This document shows, in pieces, positions 19,598-28,161 of a DNA stretch of 64,000 bases. Both the position numbers and the translations under genes were made by a program. The notes under the pieces were generated by a model. The model was given only the letters and a program-made list of their open reading frames with translations, had not been told where the DNA came from and did no database searches. The stretch is from assembly GCA_038727095.1 (NCBI GenBank), contig JAVYWK010000003.1:36795-100794 (forward strand), read 5' to 3'. Numbering within the stretch: position 1 is the first letter of the stretch; each line of letters starts with the position of its first letter. This DNA is from Thermofilaceae archaeon. Its GTDB lineage: Archaea; Thermoproteota; Thermoprotei; Thermofilales; Thermofilaceae.

Positions 19598-19926
19598 CGG
19601 TTCCGCGCCGGGTCACTCCCCCCTTCATTGGCTTTGGCCTCTGAGGGCCCGCCCCCCGGCCTCCCCAGCCCCGATTTGGGGCCGTGGATGGCCGGAGCGG
19701 GCGTCATGGGGTCGGCCGCTTATGGCGGCCTACTCGCCCGCCTCCCGGCGCACCGTCACCGGTGCGCCGAACGGCGGGGTCGGTAGGCCCCTCGGTTGGC
19801 GCGCGGAAGCGCCCGGGCACAGCGCCGAGCGCCTGGAGGCGCCCAGCGGCGTCCCGGGAACGGGGCCCGGAAAGGGGTTCAGGATGCGGGGAACCCGGGG
19901 GGCCTAGGCCCCAGGGGTTCTTCGCG
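19566..19926 (-). ncRNA. Putative omegaRNA/reRNA scaffold plus guide downstream of tnpB
   Basis: GC-rich non-coding tract 3' of tnpB; 10-bp stem with a GUGA tetraloop on the minus strand (19746-69); terminal stem 19578-93/19607-23 whose A-C mismatches are G-U pairs only on the minus strand. Confidence 0.6.
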
Positions 19927-21381
19927 TTAAGGCAGCTTAGGTGGTGGCGCTGAGCCTAGGAGATCTGTGGGGTGGTTGCGCAACCACCCCCGTAGCTCCT
20001 CAGCGAGCCACGGTAGCGCTGTAACAGGGGCTAGGAAGGAGCTGCAGTAGTCGCGGTTCCACGCTATGTTGCAGTTACTGCAGTAGAAGTAGCTTGGCCT
20101 TTTCCTCCTCTCCCCCTCGGGGGAGTAGGGCGCACCCCGCTCCCCGCAGAGGGGGCAGCGCTTCCCTGACGCTCTTGTTTCCTTGAAGTAGCCGCCCTCG
20201 TACCTCACCGTCACTCTCATCCTCCTCGTGACCCGCAGCAGGCTCTGCTGCCATGGCTTCCGCTGCAGGCTCTCGGGGGAGGGCTTGTCCACGAGGACGA
20301 CCACCCTCCCCCCGTAGGCTCTTGCCAAGTTTCTGACTATTTCGGATAGTTTACGTTCTTTCCTCATGACTCGGGCCCCGTGGGCCCTGTGGATGATGCG
20401 CACGATCTTTTCGGCGTTGCTCGGAGTGGGCGGCAGCTCCGGGAACTCCTCCCGGAGCCTCTCGTAGGCCTCGTGAAGCCGTGCGTAGGTCTGCGCTGAC
20501 TGGCGCCCCTTATGTACGCCGGAAGCGAGGTCAGCGCAGCTTTGCAGCAGTTTTATCAGCCTCCACTCCTTTTTGTGAAACTTGATCCTTCGGCGTAGAA
20601 CCCTTCTCACTCCTTCGTCGCCGACCTCGAAGGCGAGCACCGTAATGCCATGCCTGCTGTTCACGTCCACCCCCACGGCCACGAACGGCCGCGGGAAGTG
20701 GACGTCCCTGAAGTCCGTGCATTCTTCGCGCACAACCACCCACCACCTCGGCGGAGTTCGGTGCGCCACTAGCCGGAGCTCCCCGCTCTGGCAGAGGAAC
20801 AGCGTGAACGTTGGCGGGGGAGCCAGCTCCAGCTCCCCCCTCAGCGCCTCGCACAGCTTCGGAGGCAGTGGCACCTCGAGGAGTGTGCCGATCCTCAGGA
20901 CGCAGCGGTCAAGATCGACGATGCAGACTGCGTTGTGAGCACCGTACTCTCGCCCGCCAAACCGGAATCGAACCAGCAGGGGTATGGGCGGGAGCCTCTT
21001 CGGCGGCGTCCGCTTCCCTGCCTTAATTCTATTCTCAAAAGCGGCGAGGCGCATTTTCTTCCATTCCTCCCCATAGTACAGTAGTCCCTTTAGAATAGCG
21101 CTCCCGCCCCCCAAAATCGCTTTCACAATCATAGTGTAAAGTTCTTTTAGTCTCTCCCGGAGTACCGCATTCGTTTCAATCTTAAAGACCCTGTACCCCT
21201 CCCCCGGGGCCTTCTTGTTTTTACGCGAGGCCTTGGGGGTTGCTGCCCCCCTCCGGGTTTCACCGGGCAGAGCCCGGATCCCCCCGGAAGAGGTGGGCAC
21301 CTTAACGCCCTGCTGTTTGGCCCTTTCCTCCCCCCGCCCCCATCGGGGGGTTTGGGGCTCCGGCGCCATCCGGACCCCCAT
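19927..21381 (-). CDS. tnpB: TnpB/Cas12f-like RNA-guided RuvC nuclease (divergent); true start may be downstream, e.g. GTG at 21300
   Basis: RuvC-I-like VAVGVDVNSRHG, RuvC-II-like VVVLVDKPSPE, Zn ribbon CPLCG...CSNC, RuvC-III-like WNRDYCS; basic composition. Confidence 0.8.
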   Translation of the reverse strand: MGVRMAPEPQTPRWGRGEERAKQQGVKVPTSSGGIRALPGETRRGAATPKASRKNKKAPGEGYRVFKIETNAVLRERLKELYTMIVKAILGGGSAILKGLLYYGEEWKKMRLAAFENRIKAGKRTPPKRLPPIPLLVRFRFGGREYGAHNAVCIVDLDRCVLRIGTLLEVPLPPKLCEALRGELELAPPPTFTLFLCQSGELRLVAHRTPPRWWVVVREECTDFRDVHFPRPFVAVGVDVNSRHGITVLAFEVGDEGVRRVLRRRIKFHKKEWRLIKLLQSCADLASGVHKGRQSAQTYARLHEAYERLREEFPELPPTPSNAEKIVRIIHRAHGARVMRKERKLSEIVRNLARAYGGRVVVLVDKPSPESLQRKPWQQSLLRVTRRMRVTVRYEGGYFKETRASGKRCPLCGERGAPYSPEGERRKRPSYFYCSNCNIAWNRDYCSSFLAPVTALPWLAEELRGWLRNHPTDLLGSAPPPKLP

Positions 21382-22372
21382 CCGCTCCCTCAGCTACACA
21401 CCCCTCCGCGGGAGCTTCATCCAGGGCGGAGGGATGCGGGGGGCCGGCACAGCCGGAAACCCTAAACCCCCGTAGGGGGCTGGGGAGCGTTGAGCGCGGT
21501 ACTTCTCGGCAGCTTTGAGCGAGCTCGAGCGGCGTACAGTTCAGCGCGGAAGCAGACTCCGGCAGCCGAGCGAAGCGGGAGCGAGCAGCACAGTCGAGCA
21601 GCCGAGGTGAGCAGCCCCTTAAAGATAGCAGTAGCCGCAGCTTCAAACCAGGCCCCAATCCCGGGCAGCCCGGGAGCCCCGCGCGCCGGCGCGCCCCCCA
21701 GTAGCGCTGAACGCTAACAGTGCGGTAGACCGCCCCCGGGGGAGCAGGAGTGCGGCCCTTTCCGCCGGCCCCTACGCTAGGCGGCGACCCCCTTAATTGG
21801 ATGGGGGCCCCACGCGAGTGGGAGCGCAGCCCGGGGCCGGCCGTTATAGGCTGCGCCCCGCGAGGGCTGGAGGCCCGGGTTTAAGCCCGTATTCCTCCCC
21901 TCCAGCAGCCTGCCTGTAGGCTCTCGGCCTGCAGGCTGGCTGCCCCTCTACAGTTGTAGAGCGCTCGGCTGCTACAACTGCTTCACAGGCACCCCCCTAC
22001 AAGGGGGACCCGCCTTTTTGGGGCGGAGGGTTGGAGAAGGGAGGGTTACAGGCTGATTAAAAGACTGGGCCTCCAGAATCCCCCAGTTGCAAGCCGCGCA
22101 CGGAGCGGGGAGACCGCTTTAGCGTCCATCCACTTCCAGTGCCGCTCTAGTGCCGCGATAGTGTCCTGCTGTCTTCGTGTTCTGCCGCCCCCAAACCCCT
22201 CTTGTCCACCGAGCCTCGCCGGGGTTTGGGGGTTTTGTTTGCTCGGCCCGGTGGACGCACCTGTTAGGCTTGTGGAGTGCATGTATTTATTCCTAACTCC
22301 AGTTTGATGCTGTGGGGGGATGGGGTGTGCATTACGGCTTGCAGTCTGAGCTTCTTCACGCTGCCGGATTGC

Positions 22373-22552
22373 ATGGAGGAGTTCAGGGTGAGCGTGCGGT
22401 TGAGCAACGTAGCGGAGGCTCTTGAAGCGTTCATGATGGCCGGCTTGGTGCCGGGGAGCGTTGCGTTCACCCCGGTCGGGGAGGGGCGCGCAGTCTTAAT
22501 CCAGCTGAGGGGAGGGTGGCTGAGGGCGTACATAGTCGCGACAGCCGAGTGA
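22373..22552 (+). CDS. Small hypothetical protein (59 aa) inside the element
   Basis: MEEFRVSVRLSNVAEALEAFMMAGL... has a protein-like alpha/beta pattern; part of ORF 22277-22552. Confidence 0.45.
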   Translation: MEEFRVSVRLSNVAEALEAFMMAGLVPGSVAFTPVGEGRAVLIQLRGGWLRAYIVATAE

Positions 22553-22736
22553 GCGGAAGCTGAAACGCTTCACTTACCTTTATTTACCTTTTCTCTCGCT
22601 CGGCCCCCTAAGCCGCGGAGGAGCGGGTGAGCGCAGGCCGGGTGTGGGGGAGCGGAGGGGACGGCCAGGAGCGCGCAGCCGGGGGGAGCGGGTGCGCTCG
22701 AGCGAAATTAATGAACAAATGTGAACCCTCGGGGGC

Positions 22737-24560
22737 TTAAGCGGCTTCGCTGGGTGGAGTCTTGGGTAGTGCGACCTTCTTCTGCCGCTTGTACATTTCC
22801 ACCAGCTCCTCCTCCGTTGTCGCATCCTCCGGGCTCTTGTCAAACCTGTACCTTCCCGTAAACCTGGGGAAGCGGATGGCGAGGCCCGCGTCGGGCTTCA
22901 CTTCGCCCAGCGCGCACGTGTGCATGGGGCTGAGCGTTATCTCCGCGCCCACGATCTCCAAGACGATGGTAGGGACGAACCAGACGTCAGCTTCCATCTT
23001 CGATACAACTCTGGGGTGCTTGTGGTCTATCCTGTAGGGCTCGAGGATCTTGGGTAGCTGGAGCAGATCCTCGTCCGAGAAGCCGCTGCCCACCTTGCAC
23101 ACAGTCTTGAAAACGTCCTCCTCCGGGCTGTATGCTGCCATCAGGAGTGCTCCGTAGGTCCCCGCCCTCTTTCCCCTGCCGTAGAACGCCCCGACCACGA
23201 CGAGATCAACGGTGTCGGTCATCTCGTACCTGTAGTCCCTCTTGAACTTGATCCAGAGCCAGCCGCGCGCCCCCATCTGGTAGATCGATTCCCCGCTCAA
23301 CGATTTGCACATGATGCCCTCGCAGCCCTCGGCCACAGCCTCCTCAAAGAACCTCATCAATTCCTCTGAGTCCTTAACGATGGACGACTTGGCCAGCCTG
23401 AACCGCTCGCTCTCCTCGATCACCTCAGCCAGCCTCCTCCTCCTTTCCGCTAGCGGGGTGTCGATTAGGCTCTCTCCGTCGACGTAGAGGAGGTCGAAGA
23501 GGTACACAGCGACGGGGTACTTCTCCATGGCTTCCTCGATATCGTACTTCCTCCTCCTATGCATCAGCTCCTGGAAGGGTAGCATCTCGCCGGTATCGGG
23601 GTTCAGCGCGACGATCTCGCCCTCCAGGATGGCCTCCTCCGCCCTCACGTAACGCCTCACCATATCGACAACGTCCGGGTAGTGGCTCGTGATGTTCTCC
23701 AGCCTTCTGCTGAAGAGTTTGACTTCCCCGCGCCCCTTGTGGGCCTGGACCCTCTCACCGTCGTACTTGTACTCGGTGATGCAGGAGCCCCCCAGCTTGG
23801 CGATGATCTCGGCGGGGTCGCTCAACCGCTCAGCCAGCATCGGCTTCACGGGTATGCCCACGCTGATTTTAACCTCCTTCAAACCTTCGGGGCCGCGCTC
23901 CGCCAGCAGCTTAGCTATGTAGCCCAGGTCGGGGTGAACGTTGTAAGCCCTTTCAACAGCCGCTCTCGCCGCCTTGGAGCCCGTGAAAGCTGAAGAGAGC
24001 GCGTCCAGGATCGTCATGTCTGCAACGCCCAGCCTCAGCTTCCCTGTAACCATCCTCAGCAGGTACCTCGCCTCCTTCGGACTGGCGCTCTTCAGCAGTG
24101 CGGCGAGCGTCGCTATCTTCGTGTCCTGAGCCCCGGGGCCCGCGGCTCGGGCGATCTTGAGGAGAGAATCGTACACCCTACCAACGGTTAGAGCTTTAGC
24201 CTGGAGCTCCTCTCCCACGCCGAAGAAATCGAGAATTGAGGAGGGCCTACCCCTCTTCATCAGCTCTTCAGCCGCTAGCCCGAGGTCTCCCAACCTCTTG
24301 TAAGCGGCTTCCACCTCCTTCAAGCCCAGGCCGAGAGCTAGGGCAACCGCTCTTATCGCCAGCTTCTCCGCTACGCCCAGCTCCGGTGCCTCGTAGTCAG
24401 GGCCCAGGGCGCCGCGCGTAAGGTACACCAGCTTATCGATCACCTCGGGAGGAGTCTTCTTGAAGAGCGAGACGAGTAGATCCGTCATTGCAAGCCGGCT
24501 GCTCGTAGCCTCAATACGCTCGTAGAACTCCACCAACGTTGAAAACTCCAGATCAGCCAT
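22737..24560 (-). CDS. lig: ATP-dependent DNA ligase
   Basis: [26 protein letters not shown] and AIRFPRF motifs; start placed at MADLEF. Confidence 0.98.
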   Translation of the reverse strand: MADLEFSTLVEFYERIEATSSRLAMTDLLVSLFKKTPPEVIDKLVYLTRGALGPDYEAPELGVAEKLAIRAVALALGLGLKEVEAAYKRLGDLGLAAEELMKRGRPSSILDFFGVGEELQAKALTVGRVYDSLLKIARAAGPGAQDTKIATLAALLKSASPKEARYLLRMVTGKLRLGVADMTILDALSSAFTGSKAARAAVERAYNVHPDLGYIAKLLAERGPEGLKEVKISVGIPVKPMLAERLSDPAEIIAKLGGSCITEYKYDGERVQAHKGRGEVKLFSRRLENITSHYPDVVDMVRRYVRAEEAILEGEIVALNPDTGEMLPFQELMHRRRKYDIEEAMEKYPVAVYLFDLLYVDGESLIDTPLAERRRRLAEVIEESERFRLAKSSIVKDSEELMRFFEEAVAEGCEGIMCKSLSGESIYQMGARGWLWIKFKRDYRYEMTDTVDLVVVGAFYGRGKRAGTYGALLMAAYSPEEDVFKTVCKVGSGFSDEDLLQLPKILEPYRIDHKHPRVVSKMEADVWFVPTIVLEIVGAEITLSPMHTCALGEVKPDAGLAIRFPRFTGRYRFDKSPEDATTEEELVEMYKRQKKVALPKTPPSEAA

Positions 24561-24609
24561 AGGATCCCATTGGTTCAATGAACACTCAAGCTCTTATCCT
24601 TAACTCTGC

Positions 24610-25080
24610 TCACCTCCTCTTCCCGCAGGGAGGGTTACCGGGGTCGGCCACAGCCACTCTGAGCAGAAGGCACCTCGACGCCTTGGCGTCGTAGAACAGG
24701 CAGCCCGCACAAACCCCTGTCGCCGGCTCAGGGGGGAGGGAGGGGGGCGGAGCCCTCCTGGCAACCCCGAAGAGTTCTTGGAGCTCCTCCTTCGTCGGGA
24801 AGCGGCCCTCGAACAGTTTCTCTCCGCCAACAACTAGTGCTGGCAGCGAACCCACTCTGTACTTTTTGAACTCCTCAACGTACTGGCTCCCGTAAAGCCC
24901 CTCCAGGAACTCTAGGAAGGATGGGTACTCCCTTGGATCGGCGATTCCGGCGGTAACAACCCTCAGCTTCGCCTGCCTCCCCGAGGCTTTGAGAACCTCG
25001 TAAACGTCCTTCACCAGCTGGGCGCAGCGATCCCCCTTATAGACGAACAGTACGACCTGCTCGACGCTTGCCTCTCCCAC
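24610..25080 (-). CDS. Thioredoxin-like-fold protein with a C-terminal Cys-rich tail
   Basis: KYRVGSLPALVVGGEKLFEGRFP; tail CAGC...C...C. Confidence 0.65.
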   Translation of the reverse strand: MGEASVEQVVLFVYKGDRCAQLVKDVYEVLKASGRQAKLRVVTAGIADPREYPSFLEFLEGLYGSQYVEEFKKYRVGSLPALVVGGEKLFEGRFPTKEELQELFGVARRAPPPSLPPEPATGVCAGCLFYDAKASRCLLLRVAVADPGNPPCGKRR

Positions 25081-25110
25081 TCTAGCTCCAGGATAGGCGG
25101 CGATTCACCC

Positions 25111-26295
25111 TTATAAAGCTGCACCAGCTCGCTTGAGCGCCGCTTCAGCGATTGCCCTGTCGCCCCTGTACTGGCTCAGCTTGCTCGCGAGATCCTGGGC
25201 CGCCGCCCAAGCCTCGTCGCTTAACGCCCAGCGCAGCGCCGAGCAGAGGTCTCCTTCATCCACTATGTGGGTCTTCGCGACCCCTAATGCTTCAGCGGAG
25301 AGGGAGCAGGCGAGCCGCTCCGTGTGGGTTCTCCGCACCACGTGCACCGCAGGGATGCCGAAGGCCATGGCCTCCATCACCATGGTGTGACCCCCGTGCG
25401 TCACGAGGGCATCGGCGGCCTTAACGTACAAGTACCGATCGGGGAGCCAGTCGCAGACAAAGACGTTCCTACCCACCTTTTCCAGCCGGTCGGACCCTGA
25501 AGGTACCCCCCTTGAGACGATCACCACCACCTCGTCGCTCAGGTCGCAGCCCCCGAGCTCGGCCAGGAAGGCTTCGCAGAGCTCCCTCCCCTCGCCGCTC
25601 ACCCCGGTGAAGCTGGCAACAACGAGCTTACCCTCAACCCCCAGCCTCTCTCTAACCTCCTCGCGTGGTGGTAGTTCATCGGGCCACACGGGTGGAGAGG
25701 GGCCGACAAACCTGGCGCGGGGGAGTAGCTTCTCGACCATCGCGTTCGCTCTTGCAACCGTGTAGGGGGGCGGGTAATCGGGGATCAGGATTTCATCGGC
25801 GAGCGCCCAAAGGCTGCCCAAGAGACGGTGCAACCCCTCCTCCGCCAGGTCCTTTGCGCCAAGCTTCACACGCGTTGGATTCTTCACGGGTATTATCACT
25901 CTCAGCTGGTGTATCACGAGAACCGCCGGAACTCCCAACGCCTTCGCCGCAAAGAGGGATGAGAGCCTGCTGTCCGAGATGACGACATCCGGCTCCAGGA
26001 TCCCCATGTAGTAGAGCTCGTCGCCGACCTGGCGCGCGAACCGGTACAGGTTCAGGGGCCCCTTCGCTATGGTCCTCTTCACGTCAATGTCGCCCTGCTC
26101 ATCGACCTCGTAACCTATGGGCCTCGTCCTGAGGCAGCGGAAGCCGCTGCGCTCGATCATCTCGGCCGCCCTGCCGTAGGAGGAGAAGACGACTTCTACG
26201 CCAGCCTGCCTGAGCCTCCTGGCCACTGATAGCATTCGGCCCGCGTGGCCCAAGCCCATCCCGCAGGGAGCGAGGTAAGCCAGCACGGGAGCCAC
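25111..26295 (-). CDS. GT-B glycosyltransferase (GT28/MurG-like)
   Basis: CGMGLGHAGR, PDVVISD and ADALVTHGGHTMVMEA motifs. Confidence 0.9.
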   Translation of the reverse strand: MAPVLAYLAPCGMGLGHAGRMLSVARRLRQAGVEVVFSSYGRAAEMIERSGFRCLRTRPIGYEVDEQGDIDVKRTIAKGPLNLYRFARQVGDELYYMGILEPDVVISDSRLSSLFAAKALGVPAVLVIHQLRVIIPVKNPTRVKLGAKDLAEEGLHRLLGSLWALADEILIPDYPPPYTVARANAMVEKLLPRARFVGPSPPVWPDELPPREEVRERLGVEGKLVVASFTGVSGEGRELCEAFLAELGGCDLSDEVVVIVSRGVPSGSDRLEKVGRNVFVCDWLPDRYLYVKAADALVTHGGHTMVMEAMAFGIPAVHVVRRTHTERLACSLSAEALGVAKTHIVDEGDLCSALRWALSDEAWAAAQDLASKLSQYRGDRAIAEAALKRAGAAL

Positions 26296-26303
26296 CGCGG
26301 TTG

Positions 26304-26957
26304 CTAGACGCTGAGCACCCGCTCCACCACTTCACCCTCCGGGTACACTTCGGCGAAGATCCTCGCCGTGAACGTGTAGACCTTGATCCTCGCCGTTCTC
26401 CAAGCGTCCGGGGGGAGCCCGGCCTTTATGCAGGCGTTCTCCAGGTATTCCTCAACGTTCCACTCGTACTCGACGGGAACCTGGGGGAGGAGGAGGCCCC
26501 TCAGTACCCCCTTCTCGATGATGACTCCGTCGCGCCCCACCTTGATCTTCTCGAGCAGCTCCTCCGGCTTCGAGTACTGGACGAGCTGGGGCGGTGAGAG
26601 GACGCTAACCTCGAAAACCACGCTTTTCAGCTCGTCGGGCGTCATCGGCTCGAACCTGGGGTCCTCCGTCGCAGCGGCTATGGCCGCCTCAATCGTCGCC
26701 TCCACCAGCGGTAAGACGGGCTCGGGGAAGCCGATGCACCCCCTCAGCGTCCTCCTGGGGATGCCCGCAGCGTCCCGAACGATCTTCTCGATCGTGACGA
26801 AGACCCCCGCCTTCTCAGCGAGCCTCTCAGGGCAGCCCTCCGGGGGCTCCATCCTCACGAACTCTGTGAGGTACTTTACCACCGCCTCCCTCGCCAGCTT
26901 GACGAGGAATTCTCCATCCCCCTTCGTCAGGCTTGATAGGTCCAGAGCCACAGTCAA
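26304..26957 (-). CDS. AMMECR1-family protein
   Basis: GVFVT, LRGCIG, EDPRF and GLLLPQVPVEY motifs. Confidence 0.95.
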   Translation of the reverse strand: MTVALDLSSLTKGDGEFLVKLAREAVVKYLTEFVRMEPPEGCPERLAEKAGVFVTIEKIVRDAAGIPRRTLRGCIGFPEPVLPLVEATIEAAIAAATEDPRFEPMTPDELKSVVFEVSVLSPPQLVQYSKPEELLEKIKVGRDGVIIEKGVLRGLLLPQVPVEYEWNVEEYLENACIKAGLPPDAWRTARIKVYTFTARIFAEVYPEGEVVERVLSV

Positions 26958-26972
26958 CCCTGAGGAGCGGGG

Positions 26973-27449
26973 CTAAAAGCGTTGCCTCACGTTCCCCAGG
27001 AACTCCCGCATCCTCCTGAGGTGGCTCCCGGGCCAGTAGACCTGGCTGCAGCGCTCGCAAACCAGGAAGAGGTCGTAGCGCTCCGCCACTCCCTCTGGTA
27101 GCCTGCCCTCAACCTCGCTCCGCGAAGCAGCCCTCAGCCTGCCGTTGCAGCGGGGGCACCTGGTGTCGCTGAGATCCACCTCGAGCCTCAAGCCGAACCT
27201 CCTGCTCAGCTCAGCGAGCGCGCCGCCCAGCTCGACTCCACCAAGGTATACGGCTTTCACCCCCTCCGCCTCCGCCAGCTCGGCTAGGCGGCGATCCCTG
27301 GTCACGAGGACGGCGCCGTGATCCCGCGCGACCCTCAGCAGATCCTCGTCCCTGACGTACGGCTCGTAAAACGTGCTCCTCCCGAGTATGCGGAGCCACT
27401 TCGCCAGGTCGCCCAGCATCGCGTCGACGACGAACTCGTAGCGCTCCAA
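26973..27449 (-). CDS. Mut7-C RNase (PIN + Zn ribbon)
   Basis: VDAMLGDLAKWLRILG, LVTRD, RCPRCNG and CERCSQVYWPGSH motifs. Confidence 0.92.
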   Translation of the reverse strand: MERYEFVVDAMLGDLAKWLRILGRSTFYEPYVRDEDLLRVARDHGAVLVTRDRRLAELAEAEGVKAVYLGGVELGGALAELSRRFGLRLEVDLSDTRCPRCNGRLRAASRSEVEGRLPEGVAERYDLFLVCERCSQVYWPGSHLRRMREFLGNVRQRF

Positions 27450-27450
27450 G

Positions 27451-28161
27451 TCACCGCACCCTCTGCAGCCACAACTCGGCGCTCGCCACGAGGGCCCTGT
27501 GGAGGGAAACGTCGTCGATCAGGAGCGGGCGGCCTGCCACCAAGGCGGCTGCGAAGCCGTGTTTGGCTAGCGGCTTAGCCAGCTCGTCGAGCGTGCTAAC
27601 CAGAGCATCAGCGGAGGCGAAACTGCTGCACGAGGCCTCCAACCCCTCTTCACCCCTCCTCACCGCCTCCCCAAGGATCGTCCAAGCGTCCACCACCCCC
27701 TTGAGCCTCCCCGCCCTGACGATGAAGGCGCAGATAGAGCCGCGCTCCCTCATGCGGTTCAGCGCGCCCCTGAGCGTGGTGTTGGGCGCCGCAACCGCTG
27801 GCGGAGTAGCTCGGGCGGCGACTTCAGCTGGGTGGAGCGCGATGGCCGCGTAGATGGATCTCGGGGTCAAGGCGCCCCTCTGAGTTAGAGCGTACTTGCA
27901 GCCGCGAGCCACGTAGTGCGAGAGCACTCTCGCTGCACCCACCCTGCCACCGATGATCGGGAGATCAGCGACCGCTTTTTCAGGCTTAGCCCGGTGGAGC
28001 CCCTCGGAGGCTGCCAGCGCGATGAGGGCGTCCAGCGTCACCACTCCCCCCGGCACCCTTGCCACGAGCCCCCTTGTGCTCACCAGGGCCTCCGCAGCCC
28101 TCAGCAGGTCCCCCGTCTCCACATCGTAAATGGGCTCAAAGAACCGGCGGGCGGCCATCAA
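27451..28161 (-). CDS. Degenerate CBS-domain protein
   Basis: VAAPNTTLRGALNRMRERG...IVRAGRLKGVV CBS-like motif; embedded in an operon. Confidence 0.55.
   Translation of the reverse strand: MMAARRFFEPIYDVETGDLLRAAEALVSTRGLVARVPGGVVTLDALIALAASEGLHRAKPEKAVADLPIIGGRVGAARVLSHYVARGCKYALTQRGALTPRSIYAAIALHPAEVAARATPPAVAAPNTTLRGALNRMRERGSICAFIVRAGRLKGVVDAWTILGEAVRRGEEGLEASCSSFASADALVSTLDELAKPLAKHGFAAALVAGRPLLIDDVSLHRALVASAELWLQRVR

Larger units (their letters stand above)
19586..22736. mobile_element. Probable non-autonomous IS200/IS605(IS1341)-like or other integrated element carrying tnpB; boundaries uncertain
   Basis: ~3.2 kb mostly non-coding, hairpin-rich stretch between two convergent housekeeping-type genes; contains tnpB and no recognisable TnpA. 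Confidence 0.5.

Noticed and set aside
19684-19953. Short Pro/Arg/Gly-rich ORFs flanking tnpB (also 21215-21717)
   Set aside because: Low-complexity translations expected from GC-rich structured non-coding DNA
21400-21433. RNase P RNA (minus-strand GGATGAAGCTCC resembles CR-I)
   Set aside because: No matching CR-V/P4 partner found; the motif sits inside a local hairpin
21400-22260. Group II intron (GTGCG at 22260 on the minus strand) or group I IStron
   Set aside because: No domain V/VI or P7 core motifs recognised, and no interrupted host gene
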